DNA of 64,000 bases from contig JBEKGO010000005.1 of assembly GCA_050012755.1 (NCBI GenBank), positions 26,070-90,069 of the forward strand, in the 5' to 3' direction. Shown here piece after piece: positions 19,964-30,400 of the stretch (its first letter is position 1; the number at the start of each line of letters is the position of its first letter). The notes under the pieces were generated by a model. The model saw nothing but the letters and a program-made list of their open reading frames with translations, did not search any database and was not told the origin of the DNA. The position numbers and the translations under genes are program-made. Source of the DNA: Candidatus Bathyarchaeia archaeon (GTDB lineage: Archaea > Thermoproteota > Bathyarchaeia > Bathyarchaeales > Bathycorpusculaceae).

Positions 19964-21190
19964 CTAGGTTTTTGTGTGAGTCTGTGGCGAATAGCAGATT
20001 AAACGGCTAAAGCGAGTATCGTCATTAAATACATCTCGGATCAAGCTTCTTGAGATTTCAAGTCTTATTTTTTTGGTTCTGCCGTATCTCCCCATGCTCA
20101 CAACTTTGGCGTTAGCAAGTCCCATAGAATCCAACTCATTAATTAGAGTGCCCAATCGCCGTTGTGTCAGCAACCCAGAACCCATCTCGCCGCATAATTC
20201 ATTGTAAACATCGTATATTTCACCCGTTGTCGCGCTTGGTTTATTCAAGTGATAAACGCTGAGTAGAACCAACTTAGAATGCAACGTTAAATTCTTTAGA
20301 GATTCCACTACACGATTATGTTCAATGTGTTTTTCTGCTTGACGCACATGCTCTTCCGTGACAACTTTGGCGCCTTGTCGTTCAGCCACTTCTCCAGCGA
20401 CACGCAGCAAATCCAGAGCGCGCCTCGCATCACCATGCTCTGCAGCAGCCAAAGCCGAGCAAATGCTAAGTGCTGAATCAGACAAAACACCTTCTTGGAA
20501 CGATAGTTTTGAGCGTTCAAGAAGAATATTTCGAAGTTCACCTGCATCATATGGCCTAAAAACCAATTCTTCCTCACTAAGAGAACTAAAAACTCTTGGA
20601 TCCAAAAATTCCTTCAAACGTAGATCGTTTGATATCCCGATGATCGCGACTTTGCTTTTTGTTAAAGTTTCGTTTATCCTTGTTAATTCATACATGAAGG
20701 CATCGCCTTTATCTTTGATCAACGCATCAATTTCATCAAGAATTATGATGAAAATTATTCTGGTTGAATCTAGAGCAGTTCTAAACCTGTCGAAAACTTC
20801 ACCAACTGATAATCCTGTAAAAGGTATTGGCATACCGATGTTTTGGCTTAGAGCTGCGAAAACCCGGTATTCTGAACCTGTCATTCGACAATTAATATAA
20901 CAAAATTTTACTTGTGAACCGTACTCTTTTGCCTTTGATTCTAAATGACTTAAGACGTATTTTGTTACTGCTGTTTTCCCAGTACCGGTTTTTCCATAAA
21001 TAAAAATGTTAGAGCATCGTGAATCTCTTAGGACTGGTGCCACAGTTTGTCCCAACAATTTTATTTGTTCTTCTCTGTGGGGTAGTTTCTCTGGAAGATA
21101 GTCGTGCCTTAGTACTTCTCTGTCTTTAAACAGCCGAACGCCATTTACGAAATTCTCAAAGACATCTTCTAATATGTTTTGATCCCCCAT
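19964..21190 (-). CDS. cdc6: Orc1/Cdc6 replication initiator
   Basis: LPHREEQI, GKTGTGKT, LDEID, GDARRALDLL, winged-helix SMGRYGRT. Confidence 0.97.
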   Translation of the reverse strand: MGDQNILEDVFENFVNGVRLFKDREVLRHDYLPEKLPHREEQIKLLGQTVAPVLRDSRCSNIFIYGKTGTGKTAVTKYVLSHLESKAKEYGSQVKFCYINCRMTGSEYRVFAALSQNIGMPIPFTGLSVGEVFDRFRTALDSTRIIFIIILDEIDALIKDKGDAFMYELTRINETLTKSKVAIIGISNDLRLKEFLDPRVFSSLSEEELVFRPYDAGELRNILLERSKLSFQEGVLSDSALSICSALAAAEHGDARRALDLLRVAGEVAERQGAKVVTEEHVRQAEKHIEHNRVVESLKNLTLHSKLVLLSVYHLNKPSATTGEIYDVYNELCGEMGSGLLTQRRLGTLINELDSMGLANAKVVSMGRYGRTKKIRLEISRSLIRDVFNDDTRFSRLICYSPQTHTKT

Positions 21191-21227
21191 GTGCTCATTC
21201 CATCCTTTTCAGAGGTAGAACCGTTAT

Positions 21228-21797
21228 TTCGAGTGGAGAAGATAAAGGATGCAGTACAAAAAACTGGTTCTATAGCACAATATTCTTTAAAAAACATGGA
21301 AAAATCAGATTACAACCAACTAAACAGAGAGCAAGCCACACCCCAAAGCTTCTACTGGAAAAAAATAGCCAACATGAGAAAAGGCATTATATATTATTAT
21401 TTAGTAACTATACTCTGAGTGTTAAGTGCATATATCATATATTAATAATTGCCATCCAAATTTTTAGATAAAAATTCTGCAAATCTTTTTTTAAAGATTC
21501 CCCGACTTCTTTTTGCTCTTCAAAACTCGAGAGGAAACATAGGGGTGCCTCTGCAGACATCAACGCCATGGTAAATAAGTGATAACTTAACCTTTTCTTT
21601 ATCATGAGTGTTGACTTTTTTCGGGATCTGTTATCTTCAGAATTTTACAAGAGATTCTTTCTGATTTTCCATTCACAAAATTGTGAATACATGTGAAATA
21701 GCGTTAATTTTGCTGCTTAGTCACCTTCCTTTACTTCAGAATTACCTATTTCTTGTCAGTTTACTGTGAACAGCACACCCCTCCGCTTCTACTGGAG
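21228..21797. other. Putative replication origin (oriC) with ORB boxes and AT-rich unwinding regions
   Basis: Directly upstream of cdc6. ORBs at 21337-21360 (-) TTCCAGTAGAAGCTTTGGGGTGTG, 21526-21547 (+) CTCGAGAGGAAACATAGGGGTG and 21774-21797 (-) CTCCAGTAGAAGCGGAGGGGTGTG; weaker mini-ORB at 21228-21248; AT-rich tract near 21385-21495. Confidence 0.88.
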
Positions 21798-21989
21798 ATC
21801 TAGAACCAAACAAGAACTTTTGTTCTTTAGACAATCTGATTAAGTGTGAAGCTGGTAATGCCCAATAAAATGCAATACTCCCTCATTTTACCGAAACAAG
21901 CATTATGTTCATTTTTTAAGTTGTGCTGTTTCACCATAACAGCTATAAGTTGTGAAGTATAAAGCTGTGAACCCTAAGGTGCGCATCTA

Positions 21990-22421
21990 ATGCCAGCTCG
22001 TAAAATGCGTGTGGAGCTGTTCGATAGCGATGGTAATCGATATACTATTGCCTTCGAGGGTCAAGTAACCCGGGACAAAGCTCTGCGCCTTTTGGATCTT
22101 GTGGAGTTGTTGGGAGGTGCACCAAGCGAGGGGCCTACTGTAAATTCAGGTGCTGCCTTGCCCAGTCGTGTTCTTTCACGATTTGAAAAAGTTCAACTGG
22201 TAATTCAGAAGAGTTTTCCACTGGTTTGGTTTTCTTCAAGAGACATACAGTCGGTCTACGAGCAAGAGCTAAAAGAGCCTGTAGGTCTTAGTACGATTTC
22301 TACTTATCTTTCCAGGATGGCAGGCAAAGGTCTGCTTCTGAGAACTGGTGGATCAAATAATTTGAAATACAAAACTGCGCCTAATATTCCTCAAGCCACT
22401 CTGAAGCAGCGGATAAAATAA
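21990..22421 (+). CDS. Hypothetical protein with a C-terminal winged helix
   Basis: WFSSRDIQSVYEQELKEPVGLSTISTYLSRMAGKGLLLRTG is a wHTH pattern; small N-terminal beta-beta-alpha domain. Confidence 0.8.
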   Translation: MPARKMRVELFDSDGNRYTIAFEGQVTRDKALRLLDLVELLGGAPSEGPTVNSGAALPSRVLSRFEKVQLVIQKSFPLVWFSSRDIQSVYEQELKEPVGLSTISTYLSRMAGKGLLLRTGGSNNLKYKTAPNIPQATLKQRIK

Positions 22422-22472
22422 AATTATTAACAGAATGATGCAAATGAATACATCTTATAATTGTTTTTCAAT

Positions 22473-23204
22473 TTATGTAGGTTGGCTGTTCTCAGGTTTC
22501 CTTAGCAGCTTTTCCATTTCTTTTTTAATACTGTAGCTGAAAGGTATTTTGCCTACTTCCCTCTCTAGGTAGCCTTCTTCATAGAGTTTCTTCATTAATC
22601 TGGCCGTGTGTTCTCTGCTAAGGCGGACTCTTTCTTTGATTTCGGGCGCTGTCTTGGGACCTTCTGAAGATAACATTTCTAAAACTGAGATTTCTGTGTC
22701 GGTTAACGTAGCCATTGCTTTGTCCCGTCTGATTGGCATAACGGGTTCGATTCCAATCTCTGGGGCAGTAGTTAACTTTTTGATTTGGTCTTCGAAACCG
22801 GCAATCTTTATTTTTACTGTTTCCTGAGAGGCTGCTATATCTTTGATTTTCGACTCTAAACCAGTTAATCCTGAGACAATGTTTGTATTGCTCTGTGAAT
22901 TAATCTGTGAAATGTTGGTAATTTGATTTTCCAAGGGGGATATTCTTTTATCTAATGTATCGACTTTTTTGAGGCTACTGTCTACCTTCGCTAAGTTTCC
23001 TTCTATTTTAAATGCTATTACGTCCAGTTTGTCGGCTTCGCGCTTTAGCTCTCGATCAAAACTGAGAACAATATCTTCGACAATACTCTTAGCTTTCTCG
23101 TATTCTTTTTGTGCCTTGCGTACCTGTCTATAATATTCGACCGATGCCGCTACTGTGACAGCAAGCAAAACGCCTAAAAGCGCCGTTACAAAATCGACCG
23201 TGAT
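22473..23204 (-). CDS. Predicted membrane-anchored coiled-coil protein with a C-terminal winged helix
   Basis: The frame is open upstream of TTG 23168 and gives the hydrophobic helix VDFVTALLGVLLAVTVAASV; long heptad region; LTDTEISVLEML..GPKTAPEI...LSREHTARLMKKLYEEGYLER. Start is uncertain. Confidence 0.8.
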   Translation of the reverse strand: MTVDFVTALLGVLLAVTVAASVEYYRQVRKAQKEYEKAKSIVEDIVLSFDRELKREADKLDVIAFKIEGNLAKVDSSLKKVDTLDKRISPLENQITNISQINSQSNTNIVSGLTGLESKIKDIAASQETVKIKIAGFEDQIKKLTTAPEIGIEPVMPIRRDKAMATLTDTEISVLEMLSSEGPKTAPEIKERVRLSREHTARLMKKLYEEGYLEREVGKIPFSYSIKKEMEKLLRKPENSQPT

Positions 23205-24470
23205 TTTCCCCTCTGTGATATGTTCGTGATTACACGTGATTTAGTCAGTTGCATCACACATCACAGTTATCCATGGACTTTTTAAGGTTTGTGGTCATGT
23301 CAACGCATGTTAACTATGATGTCACACATCACATCAGATTTCTATCTTAAATAATAGTGCTAAATGTAATCATGAAAACCCTTAATTCAGCTTATTTTGT
23401 CTTTTAAGGCTTATTCTGCGCCCTACAAACCATATCTATATGCCTCTCATCAGTGGCATTAGAAATCGTTCTTCTGTCTTGTGATTTGTGACATCACAAG
23501 CCCTCTTCTGATGGACTAGAAAGGCGTTTTAGGCTTGTTTCAAGCTCCTGGCGTATGATTTCTATGACTTTTAGATGGTCTTTTAGCTCTTCTTCCTTCT
23601 CTGGTGTGTCTTGGTGTGCGTCGACATACTCGTGCAGTTTGTTGGCTATTTCTACATAGGGGTCAAGAGTTGTGCTATCAAACACTCCCAAATACCCTAG
23701 AAGTAGCACTGTATAAATCGATTTTATGACATTTTCCTTGGACTGTTTTAGTGTCCTATTGAAGGCTCCGCGGCTTATTTTAGCCTTAGTTAGCCGTAAG
23801 TTGGCTTTTTCATCGTACTTTAGCTGTTTGCCTGAGAAATTTTCAGCTAAAATGTCAATAAGTAGTGTTTCAAGCTGGGTTTTTGTTAATTGGCTGTTTT
23901 TAGCGAGTATCTTTGCAATGGGGTCGTTTAATGCTCCATTTAGCCAAGCTTGTACAGTGTCTTTTAGCTTCAAATCTGTCGTTCCTCCGTATGTCTTAAT
24001 GGATACGGTTTTGTATACTGTCTCATCTTTTTAAGGGTTATCCAAGCAAATCTTTTGCGTTTAGCCACTATTAACTCATCAAATATGCCTTAAAATGCAA
24101 GAATAAGGCAAATGGGCAGATTTTATAGCATTTAACGCCTGATAAGACGCAATTAACAAATAGATGGCAATATTATTGGACCTTTAGTTCGAAACTATTT
24201 ATTAATTTTAAACAAACATTACAGTTCTAATCGTCTGTTCAAAGTTTTTCTTGTCTGTGTTTTAGCGGTTTTGCCTCTTTCTTTTTTCTGGAACACACTT
24301 ATTTGGCATTGATCGCTTTAGCTCGGTCCACGATTCCGAATAATAAATCCAAGAAGATGGCTTAAGAGAGGCTTTGTGACGTCACCAGTCACGTTGAAAT
24401 CACAGTGATTTGTCATGAAGCAGCCTTGATATCACAGCTTGTGATAAGGTTGTGATGCCTTTGTGATTCT
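23200..24470. promoter_or_regulatory. Clusters of GTGAT/ATCAC motifs (putative protein-binding sites)
   Basis: GTGAT at 23200, 23215, 23226, 23236; ATCAC at 23253, 23260; TGATGTCACA 23317; TGTGACATCACA 23487; TGTGACGTCAC 24375; ATCACAGTGAT 24399; TGATATCACA 24427; TTGTGAT at 24439, 24450, 24461. Confidence 0.65.
23494..23973 (-). CDS. Hypothetical helical protein, possibly HTH DNA-binding
   Basis: GGAGG ribosome-binding site before TTG; SQLTKTQLE...ISRGAFNRTLKQSKENV resembles an HTH. Confidence 0.72.
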   Translation of the reverse strand: MKLKDTVQAWLNGALNDPIAKILAKNSQLTKTQLETLLIDILAENFSGKQLKYDEKANLRLTKAKISRGAFNRTLKQSKENVIKSIYTVLLLGYLGVFDSTTLDPYVEIANKLHEYVDAHQDTPEKEEELKDHLKVIEIIRQELETSLKRLSSPSEEGL

Positions 24471-24492
24471 AATTCCTATCTGGTCTTGTCGC

Positions 24493-25344
24493 TTAGAGAA
24501 GCTCTGAGTACTCTTTTAATTTGTCAAACAGTTCGGGTCGTAAATCTCTCAATGTGGGGATAAAGGTTTCAGCTGTTCTCAGATCTCCGTAATCTACTTC
24601 GCATATGACAAGGTCTTCTTCATCATACTTTGCTTTGGCAAGAATATCTCCAGATGGGCTAACTAACCTGCTTCCTCCCCAAAATTGCAGTCCATCTTGG
24701 ACTCCGACCAGGTTTACGTAGGCAAGATAAGCGGTATTTTCAATTGCTCTTGCGCAAGTTAATATTTCAAAGTAGCTTCGGCGCACTGCGGGAGATGCTG
24801 ATATGCAGACAATTAGTTGTGCTCCCTTCAAACGGGTTAGTCTGAGGACTTCTGGAAAGAAAATATCGTAACAGATGCACAGACCAATGTTGCCTAAATC
24901 TGTTTGAAACGCTGCTGCTTGATAACCTGGACGGAAATACCTTTTTTCTTCGAAAACACTGTGCGTTGGCAAGTACATTTTACGGTATTTGCCGATTAAA
25001 CCTTTTGGACCAACCAAGACAGCAGTGTTAAAAACTGTTGCTTGTGTTTTCTCGCTTAACTCAGGCATTCCAAAAATAACATGCATGCCCGTTTTCTTTG
25101 CCAACTTCTCAACTTTCTCCACAGTTGGTCCGGGAATAGTTTCCGCTAACTCGTAAAATTGGTCCCTAATCACATAACCAGATACTGAAAGTTCAGGAAA
25201 GATAGCAAGATCTGCACCTTGCTCCTTTGCTTTGAGAGTTATTGCCTCGATTTTTTGAAAATTTCCTTCTTTGTTTTCGCGGTTACTGCTTATTTGGGCA
25301 AGGGCAAGTTTGATTTTATCTTTCATGTGTTTTCCACTTTTCAA
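24493..25344 (-). CDS. Carbon-nitrogen hydrolase (nitrilase family); probable glutaminase partner of NadE
   Basis: FPEL, YRKMYLP, CICYD catalytic triad; overlaps the nadE stop. Confidence 0.88.
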   Translation of the reverse strand: MKSGKHMKDKIKLALAQISSNRENKEGNFQKIEAITLKAKEQGADLAIFPELSVSGYVIRDQFYELAETIPGPTVEKVEKLAKKTGMHVIFGMPELSEKTQATVFNTAVLVGPKGLIGKYRKMYLPTHSVFEEKRYFRPGYQAAAFQTDLGNIGLCICYDIFFPEVLRLTRLKGAQLIVCISASPAVRRSYFEILTCARAIENTAYLAYVNLVGVQDGLQFWGGSRLVSPSGDILAKAKYDEEDLVICEVDYGDLRTAETFIPTLRDLRPELFDKLKEYSELL

Positions 25345-26183
25345 TAAGTATGTCTGGGAAGCCTAAAATCATTTCCTACAGTTCTATACCCAACTTTAGG
25401 GGCTAAAGGCATTCTTCGCTTATGTTCATTTGCCAGCCATCTAATCTTAACGGCATTAACAATAGCCTTTTGAATTTGCAACTGATCAGCTATTTCATCA
25501 GCCGTCATGAACTTCTCAAGCCCATAAAGAATAAGATCTAAAGTTTCATATTTGATTCCAAGTTCAGTCTCTGCAAGCTGATCAGGCCAAAGAGCTGGAG
25601 TGGATGGTTTCAAAGCAAGTTCTTGCGGGATTCCTAAATGAATTGCAAGTCTCCGAACCTGCGTTTTGTACAAATCCATAATTGGAGTTATGTCTGCGGC
25701 GGCATCTCCCCATTTAGTAAAATAGCCCATCATCGTTTCAGATTTATCGGAGCTGCCGCAAACAATTCTGTTAAACTTGTTAGCGTAATAGTAAAGGTAT
25801 ACCATTCTGGTCCTTGCCTTTAGATTGCCTTTGCAAAGTCTATCTTTCGGATCAAACACGGGAATTGCTTTATACAAGCATGCTAAGACATCTGACATGT
25901 CACAGATTTGTGTTTGCAAATCAAACTTTTCTGCAACTACCTTTGCGTCATCAATGTCTTTTTGACTGAAGTTTTCCTCTTCAGGCAGCATAAGCCCAAG
26001 TACCTTGTTGCCGCCCATTGCGCGGCTCGAAAGTGCCGCTATTGTTCCGCTGTCAATTCCGCCGGACAGGCCAAGCACGATTCCTTTGGCTCCAGCGTTT
26101 TCAACATACTCTTTAATGAATCGACAAATTCTTTTTTCAGCTTCTGAAAAATCTATTTCTAAAACAAAAGGCGTTAATTTCAA
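25341..26183 (-). CDS. nadE: NAD+ synthetase
   Basis: LGLSGGIDS, NLKARTRM, GYFTKWGD, DLYKTQV, EHKR. Confidence 0.95.
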   Translation of the reverse strand: MKLTPFVLEIDFSEAEKRICRFIKEYVENAGAKGIVLGLSGGIDSGTIAALSSRAMGGNKVLGLMLPEEENFSQKDIDDAKVVAEKFDLQTQICDMSDVLACLYKAIPVFDPKDRLCKGNLKARTRMVYLYYYANKFNRIVCGSSDKSETMMGYFTKWGDAAADITPIMDLYKTQVRRLAIHLGIPQELALKPSTPALWPDQLAETELGIKYETLDLILYGLEKFMTADEIADQLQIQKAIVNAVKIRWLANEHKRRMPLAPKVGYRTVGNDFRLPRHTY

Positions 26184-26287
26184 TTAGTTTGTCACGCAGC
26201 CTCATATTGTTGAGTTTGTAGGCAAGTATTTAAGGACAAGGATAAATATTAAATGAACATTATCACCAATTTAGAAGGCTGTTATAT

Positions 26288-26554
26288 TTGGGGCGAAGAA
26301 GGAAAAAAGTAGTTCATATTCCCAAGAAACGTTTACCTAAATTCTTCTCATGCCCAACATGTGGAAAAGAAACGGTTAAAGTTGAAATATTCAGAGAAGA
26401 CAGTCATGCTGTTGCCCAATGCAGTAGCTGTGGTCTTAAAGAAGAATTTCCAGTTAAACATGCACAAGGCGAAGTTGACGTTTACTGCATGCTAACCGAC
26501 CGAGTTTATGGTTCTGCAAAAAGAACCCCTGTTACAAACGTAAAAAAAGAGTAG
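26288..26554 (+). CDS. elf1: Transcription elongation factor Elf1
   Basis: MGRRRKK, FSCPTCG, CSSCG, VDVYC. Confidence 0.88.
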   Translation: MGRRRKKVVHIPKKRLPKFFSCPTCGKETVKVEIFREDSHAVAQCSSCGLKEEFPVKHAQGEVDVYCMLTDRVYGSAKRTPVTNVKKE

Positions 26555-26565
26555 TCGAAGGATTA

Positions 26566-27321
26566 TTGATGCTAGGGCCTGTCGAAAAATACTTGCTCGA
26601 AAAAATAAAAGCTGAAGGCTCAATCCATATAACCCTTATAGACCCGGAAAAAGCAACGGTTCAACAAGCTGCTAACATTGCTGAAAGCTCCCGAAACAGT
26701 GGAACTGTTGCAATAATGGTTGGAGGCTCAACTTTTGCTTCTCAAGCTCACCTTGATGACGTTGTAAAATCCATCAAGAACTCTGTAAAACTTCCCACAA
26801 TACTTTTTCCCAACAACATAACAGGCATAAGCAGTTATGCCGATGCCATATGGTTTATGTCACTTCTCAATTCAGTAGATCCCTACTTTCTGATGGGGGC
26901 CCAGATTCTTGGAGCTCCACTTGTCAAGAAGTTTCATTTAGAACCTATTTCTATGGGCTATATAATAGTGGGCGATGGGGGAACTGCTGGCATTGTCGGG
27001 AAAGCAATTTCAGTTCCGTACAATAAACCTGAACTCGCAGCTGCTCATGCTCTTGCTGGTCAATATCTTGGGATGCGCTTTATTTATTTGGAAGGTGGGT
27101 CTGGCGCAGCAAATCCTGTACCCCCTGAAATGATTCGGGCCGTCAAACATTTGCTTGAAATTCCTCTCATTGTGGGCGGAGGAATAAGAACTAAGGAGCA
27201 AGCAGTAGCTGCTACCTCTGCCGGAGCAGATATAATCGTAACCGGTAACGTTACTGAGACCTCTGATGCTAACCAAAGGATTTCCGAAATCATCGGGGCC
27301 ATCAAGGGCATTAAAGTTTAG
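26566..27321 (+). CDS. Geranylgeranylglyceryl phosphate synthase
   Basis: TLIDPEK, IMVGGS, FMSLLNS, YLEGGSGA, VGGGIR. Confidence 0.92.
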   Translation: MMLGPVEKYLLEKIKAEGSIHITLIDPEKATVQQAANIAESSRNSGTVAIMVGGSTFASQAHLDDVVKSIKNSVKLPTILFPNNITGISSYADAIWFMSLLNSVDPYFLMGAQILGAPLVKKFHLEPISMGYIIVGDGGTAGIVGKAISVPYNKPELAAAHALAGQYLGMRFIYLEGGSGAANPVPPEMIRAVKHLLEIPLIVGGGIRTKEQAVAATSAGADIIVTGNVTETSDANQRISEIIGAIKGIKV

Positions 27322-27410
27322 TGCTGCGACTTTCTGCCTGCCTTTTCTGATTAGTTTTTAGAAAGCCAAAATAACCTATTATTCTATATGTTGCCAATGG
27401 AAGCTGCACT

Positions 27411-30400
27411 TTGAACATTAGCAAAGGCTATCAAAATTACGTTGAAACAATGGAAAAAACACTGAAGCAACTATATGCGATAAGCGATAGCGCCAGATCA
27501 AAAGGCTTAGATCCATCTTTGAAAACGGAATGCATCATCGCGCAAGACATCGCTGACTTAGTAGAAGGCTTAGTTGGTCCAAAAAATGTAGCTCTCAGCA
27601 TAAGAGACTTAAGCACCAAAATTCCAAGAGAAGAAATCGCGTTTAGAGTTGCAGAAGAAATCGTTCTAGGAAAATTCGGTAGCATGGACCCTGAAAGGGC
27701 TGCTGAACAGGCGATTCGAACAGCTCTTGCAATTTTCACTGAAGGCTTGACTGCCGCACCGATTCAGGGCGTAGCCGAAGTCAAGATAAAAACTAACGCC
27801 GATAGGACGCGCTACTTGGCGATATATTTTGCAGGGCCAATCAGGTCGGCAGGCGGAACAGACCAGGCGCTAACTTTGGTTGTGGGCGACTTTGTACGTC
27901 GTCAGCTTGGTCTTGATAAGTATAAGCCTACCGATGAAGAGGTTTCCCGTTTTATTGAAGAATTAAGGTTATATGAACGATCGGTTGGTCGTTTTCAATA
28001 TCACATTCCTGATGAAGAATTGAAGAAAGCACTGAACCTGATTCCAGTTGAATGCACCGGCACAGAATCCGACCCTGTAGAAGTCTCTTCCTACAGAAAC
28101 CTACCAAGAGTAGAAACAAATCGTGTTAGAGGAGGCGCACTCAGAGTAGTTAACGATGGCATCGTTGGGCGAGCGCAAAAAGTGTCCGTCATCATTGACA
28201 AGATTGGTTTTCAAGGCTGGGATTGGCTAAAGGAATTCAAAAAGAAATCAGAGAAGAAATCAGGCGGGTTTATGGACGATGTGATTGCGGGTCGTCCAAT
28301 ATTTGCTTTTCCATCGCGACGAGGCGGCTTCAGGTTAAGGTATGGCCGATCACGGAACACGGGTCTCTCCGCCGTAGGAATCCATCCTGCAACAATGCAT
28401 GTGCTAGAGAATTTTCTAGCAGCTGGAACGCAGATGCGTTTAGAGCTTCCAGGGAAAGGTTGTGTTACTCTTCCAGTAGATGCTATCGAGCCCCCTGTTG
28501 TTTTGTTAAAGGATAACTCGGTAGTTCGAGTGACTTTAGAAAATTTTGGTGAAGTTAAAGGTAAAATCCAAAAAATCCTTTTTCTAGGCGACATTCTGAT
28601 TAGTTTTGGAGATTTTCTTTATTCTAACAAAACGCTTCCACCATCAGGGTACGTTGAGGAATGGTGGGCTAAGGATGTTCAGAGAGCTGTTGAACAAAAA
28701 TTTGGCTCAGACTGTCGGAAGGCGGCAGATGATATTCAAATTTCTTTATCGCGATTAAACGGTTTTGTAGCTGACCCTTTTAGTAATAAACCTACGCTTA
28801 GGGAGGCAGTGCTTCTCAGCTTGCATTTAGGCGTGCCTTTGCACCCAAGTTACCTGTTCTTTTGGTCAAGCTTATGTGATGTTCAAGAGGTTGAACTGCT
28901 GAGAAAGTGGTTGGCTTCTGGTGAGGTTTTGATCGAAGATGGTATTGTTAATAAAATTTCATGTGATGTTAAAGAAGACGTTACGAGTCTGTTGAGAAAA
29001 ATCCTTGTTCCCCACAAGATAACTGGTGGAAAGATTTTGTTGCAAGGCGAAGCTGCAGGTGCTTTAGCGCTGTGTCTGGGTCTTGGTAAAACCATTGACA
29101 TCGCTCAAGCAATGACTGTGCTGGAAGCAGTCAGTGCGCTTTCGGGTGTGCAGGTTAAAGATAAAGCACCAACTTATGTAGGTGGACGCATGGGGCGTCC
29201 GGAGAAAGCCAAAAGACGCGATATGAGGCCACCTGTTCATGTCCTTTTCCCAGTTAGCCTGGCTGGCGGAATGCATAGAGATCTCTTGGAAGCGGCAAAG
29301 CAGGGTCCTGTGTTTGTTGAAATGGTTAAGCGTAAGTGTCCAAACTGCAAAAATTACACTTTAAGGGTCAAATGCTCCAACTGCGGATGCAACACTGTTG
29401 CGGAAAGTTGTTGCCCTCGCTGTGGAAGAACTTTAAAAGATAACAGTTGCCTCACTTGCAAGACTGATGCTGTTCAGTACCAGCGACAACCTGTTAACTT
29501 TAAAGACATCATTGGTGACGCCTGCAAATCTCTTGGTTATCCAGCTCCCAAAATGCTAAGAGGCGTTAAAGGCTTAACTAACAAGGATAAGACTCCGGAA
29601 ATTATCGAAAAAGGTATTTTGCGGGCAAAATATGATTTATCAGTTTACAAGGATGGCACAATCCGCTTTGATGCTACCAACGCTCCTTTAACACATTTTA
29701 CTCCTGCCGAAGTTGGCGTGTCCGTTGAAAAAATAAGACAGTTAGGCTATTGCTCTGATACACATGGCGCAAGCTTAACTGATCCTGATCAAGTCTGTGA
29801 GCTCAAAGTTCAAGATATTGTAATTCCATGGCGAGCAGGAGATTATTTTATTCAGATCGCAGCTTTTATTGACGATTTGCTAGTCAGAGTTTACAAACTT
29901 CCAGCTTACTACAACGTCCAGAAGCCTGAAGACCTTGTTGGGCATCTGGTTTTTGGTTTAGCGCCCCACACCTGTGCTTGTATTCTGGGGCGCGTCGTTG
30001 GTTACACTGATCGTAACGTGATTTACGCCCACCCTATATGGCACTCAGCCAAACGCCGAGACTGCGACGGCGATGAAGACGCGATTATGTTAGCCTTAGA
30101 TACCCTTGTAAATTTCTCCAATGTTTATTTGCCTGCTCAAATTGGCGGAATAATGGATGCCCCCATACTTCTAATTCCGTTTGTTAACACCAGGGAAGTT
30201 CAAAGGCAAGCTCACGATTTTGATGTTGACGCGACATATCCTCTTGAGTTCTACCAAAAAACTTGGGATAAAGGAGAAGCTAAACACGTGAGCTCAATTA
30301 TGGATGTTATCAGTCATAGGCTTGGGACTGAAGCGCAGTTTGAAGGCTTCCAATATACTACACCTGTGACAAACATAAACCTTGGAAACGCTAACAGCGC

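Noticed and set aside
21179-21418. 79-aa ORF upstream of cdc6
   Set aside because: It overlaps ORB boxes and AT-rich origin DNA, so it is likely spurious.
30040-30085. Possible intein at the usual DP2 insertion site
   Set aside because: KRRDCDGDED is uninterrupted and the protein length is normal.
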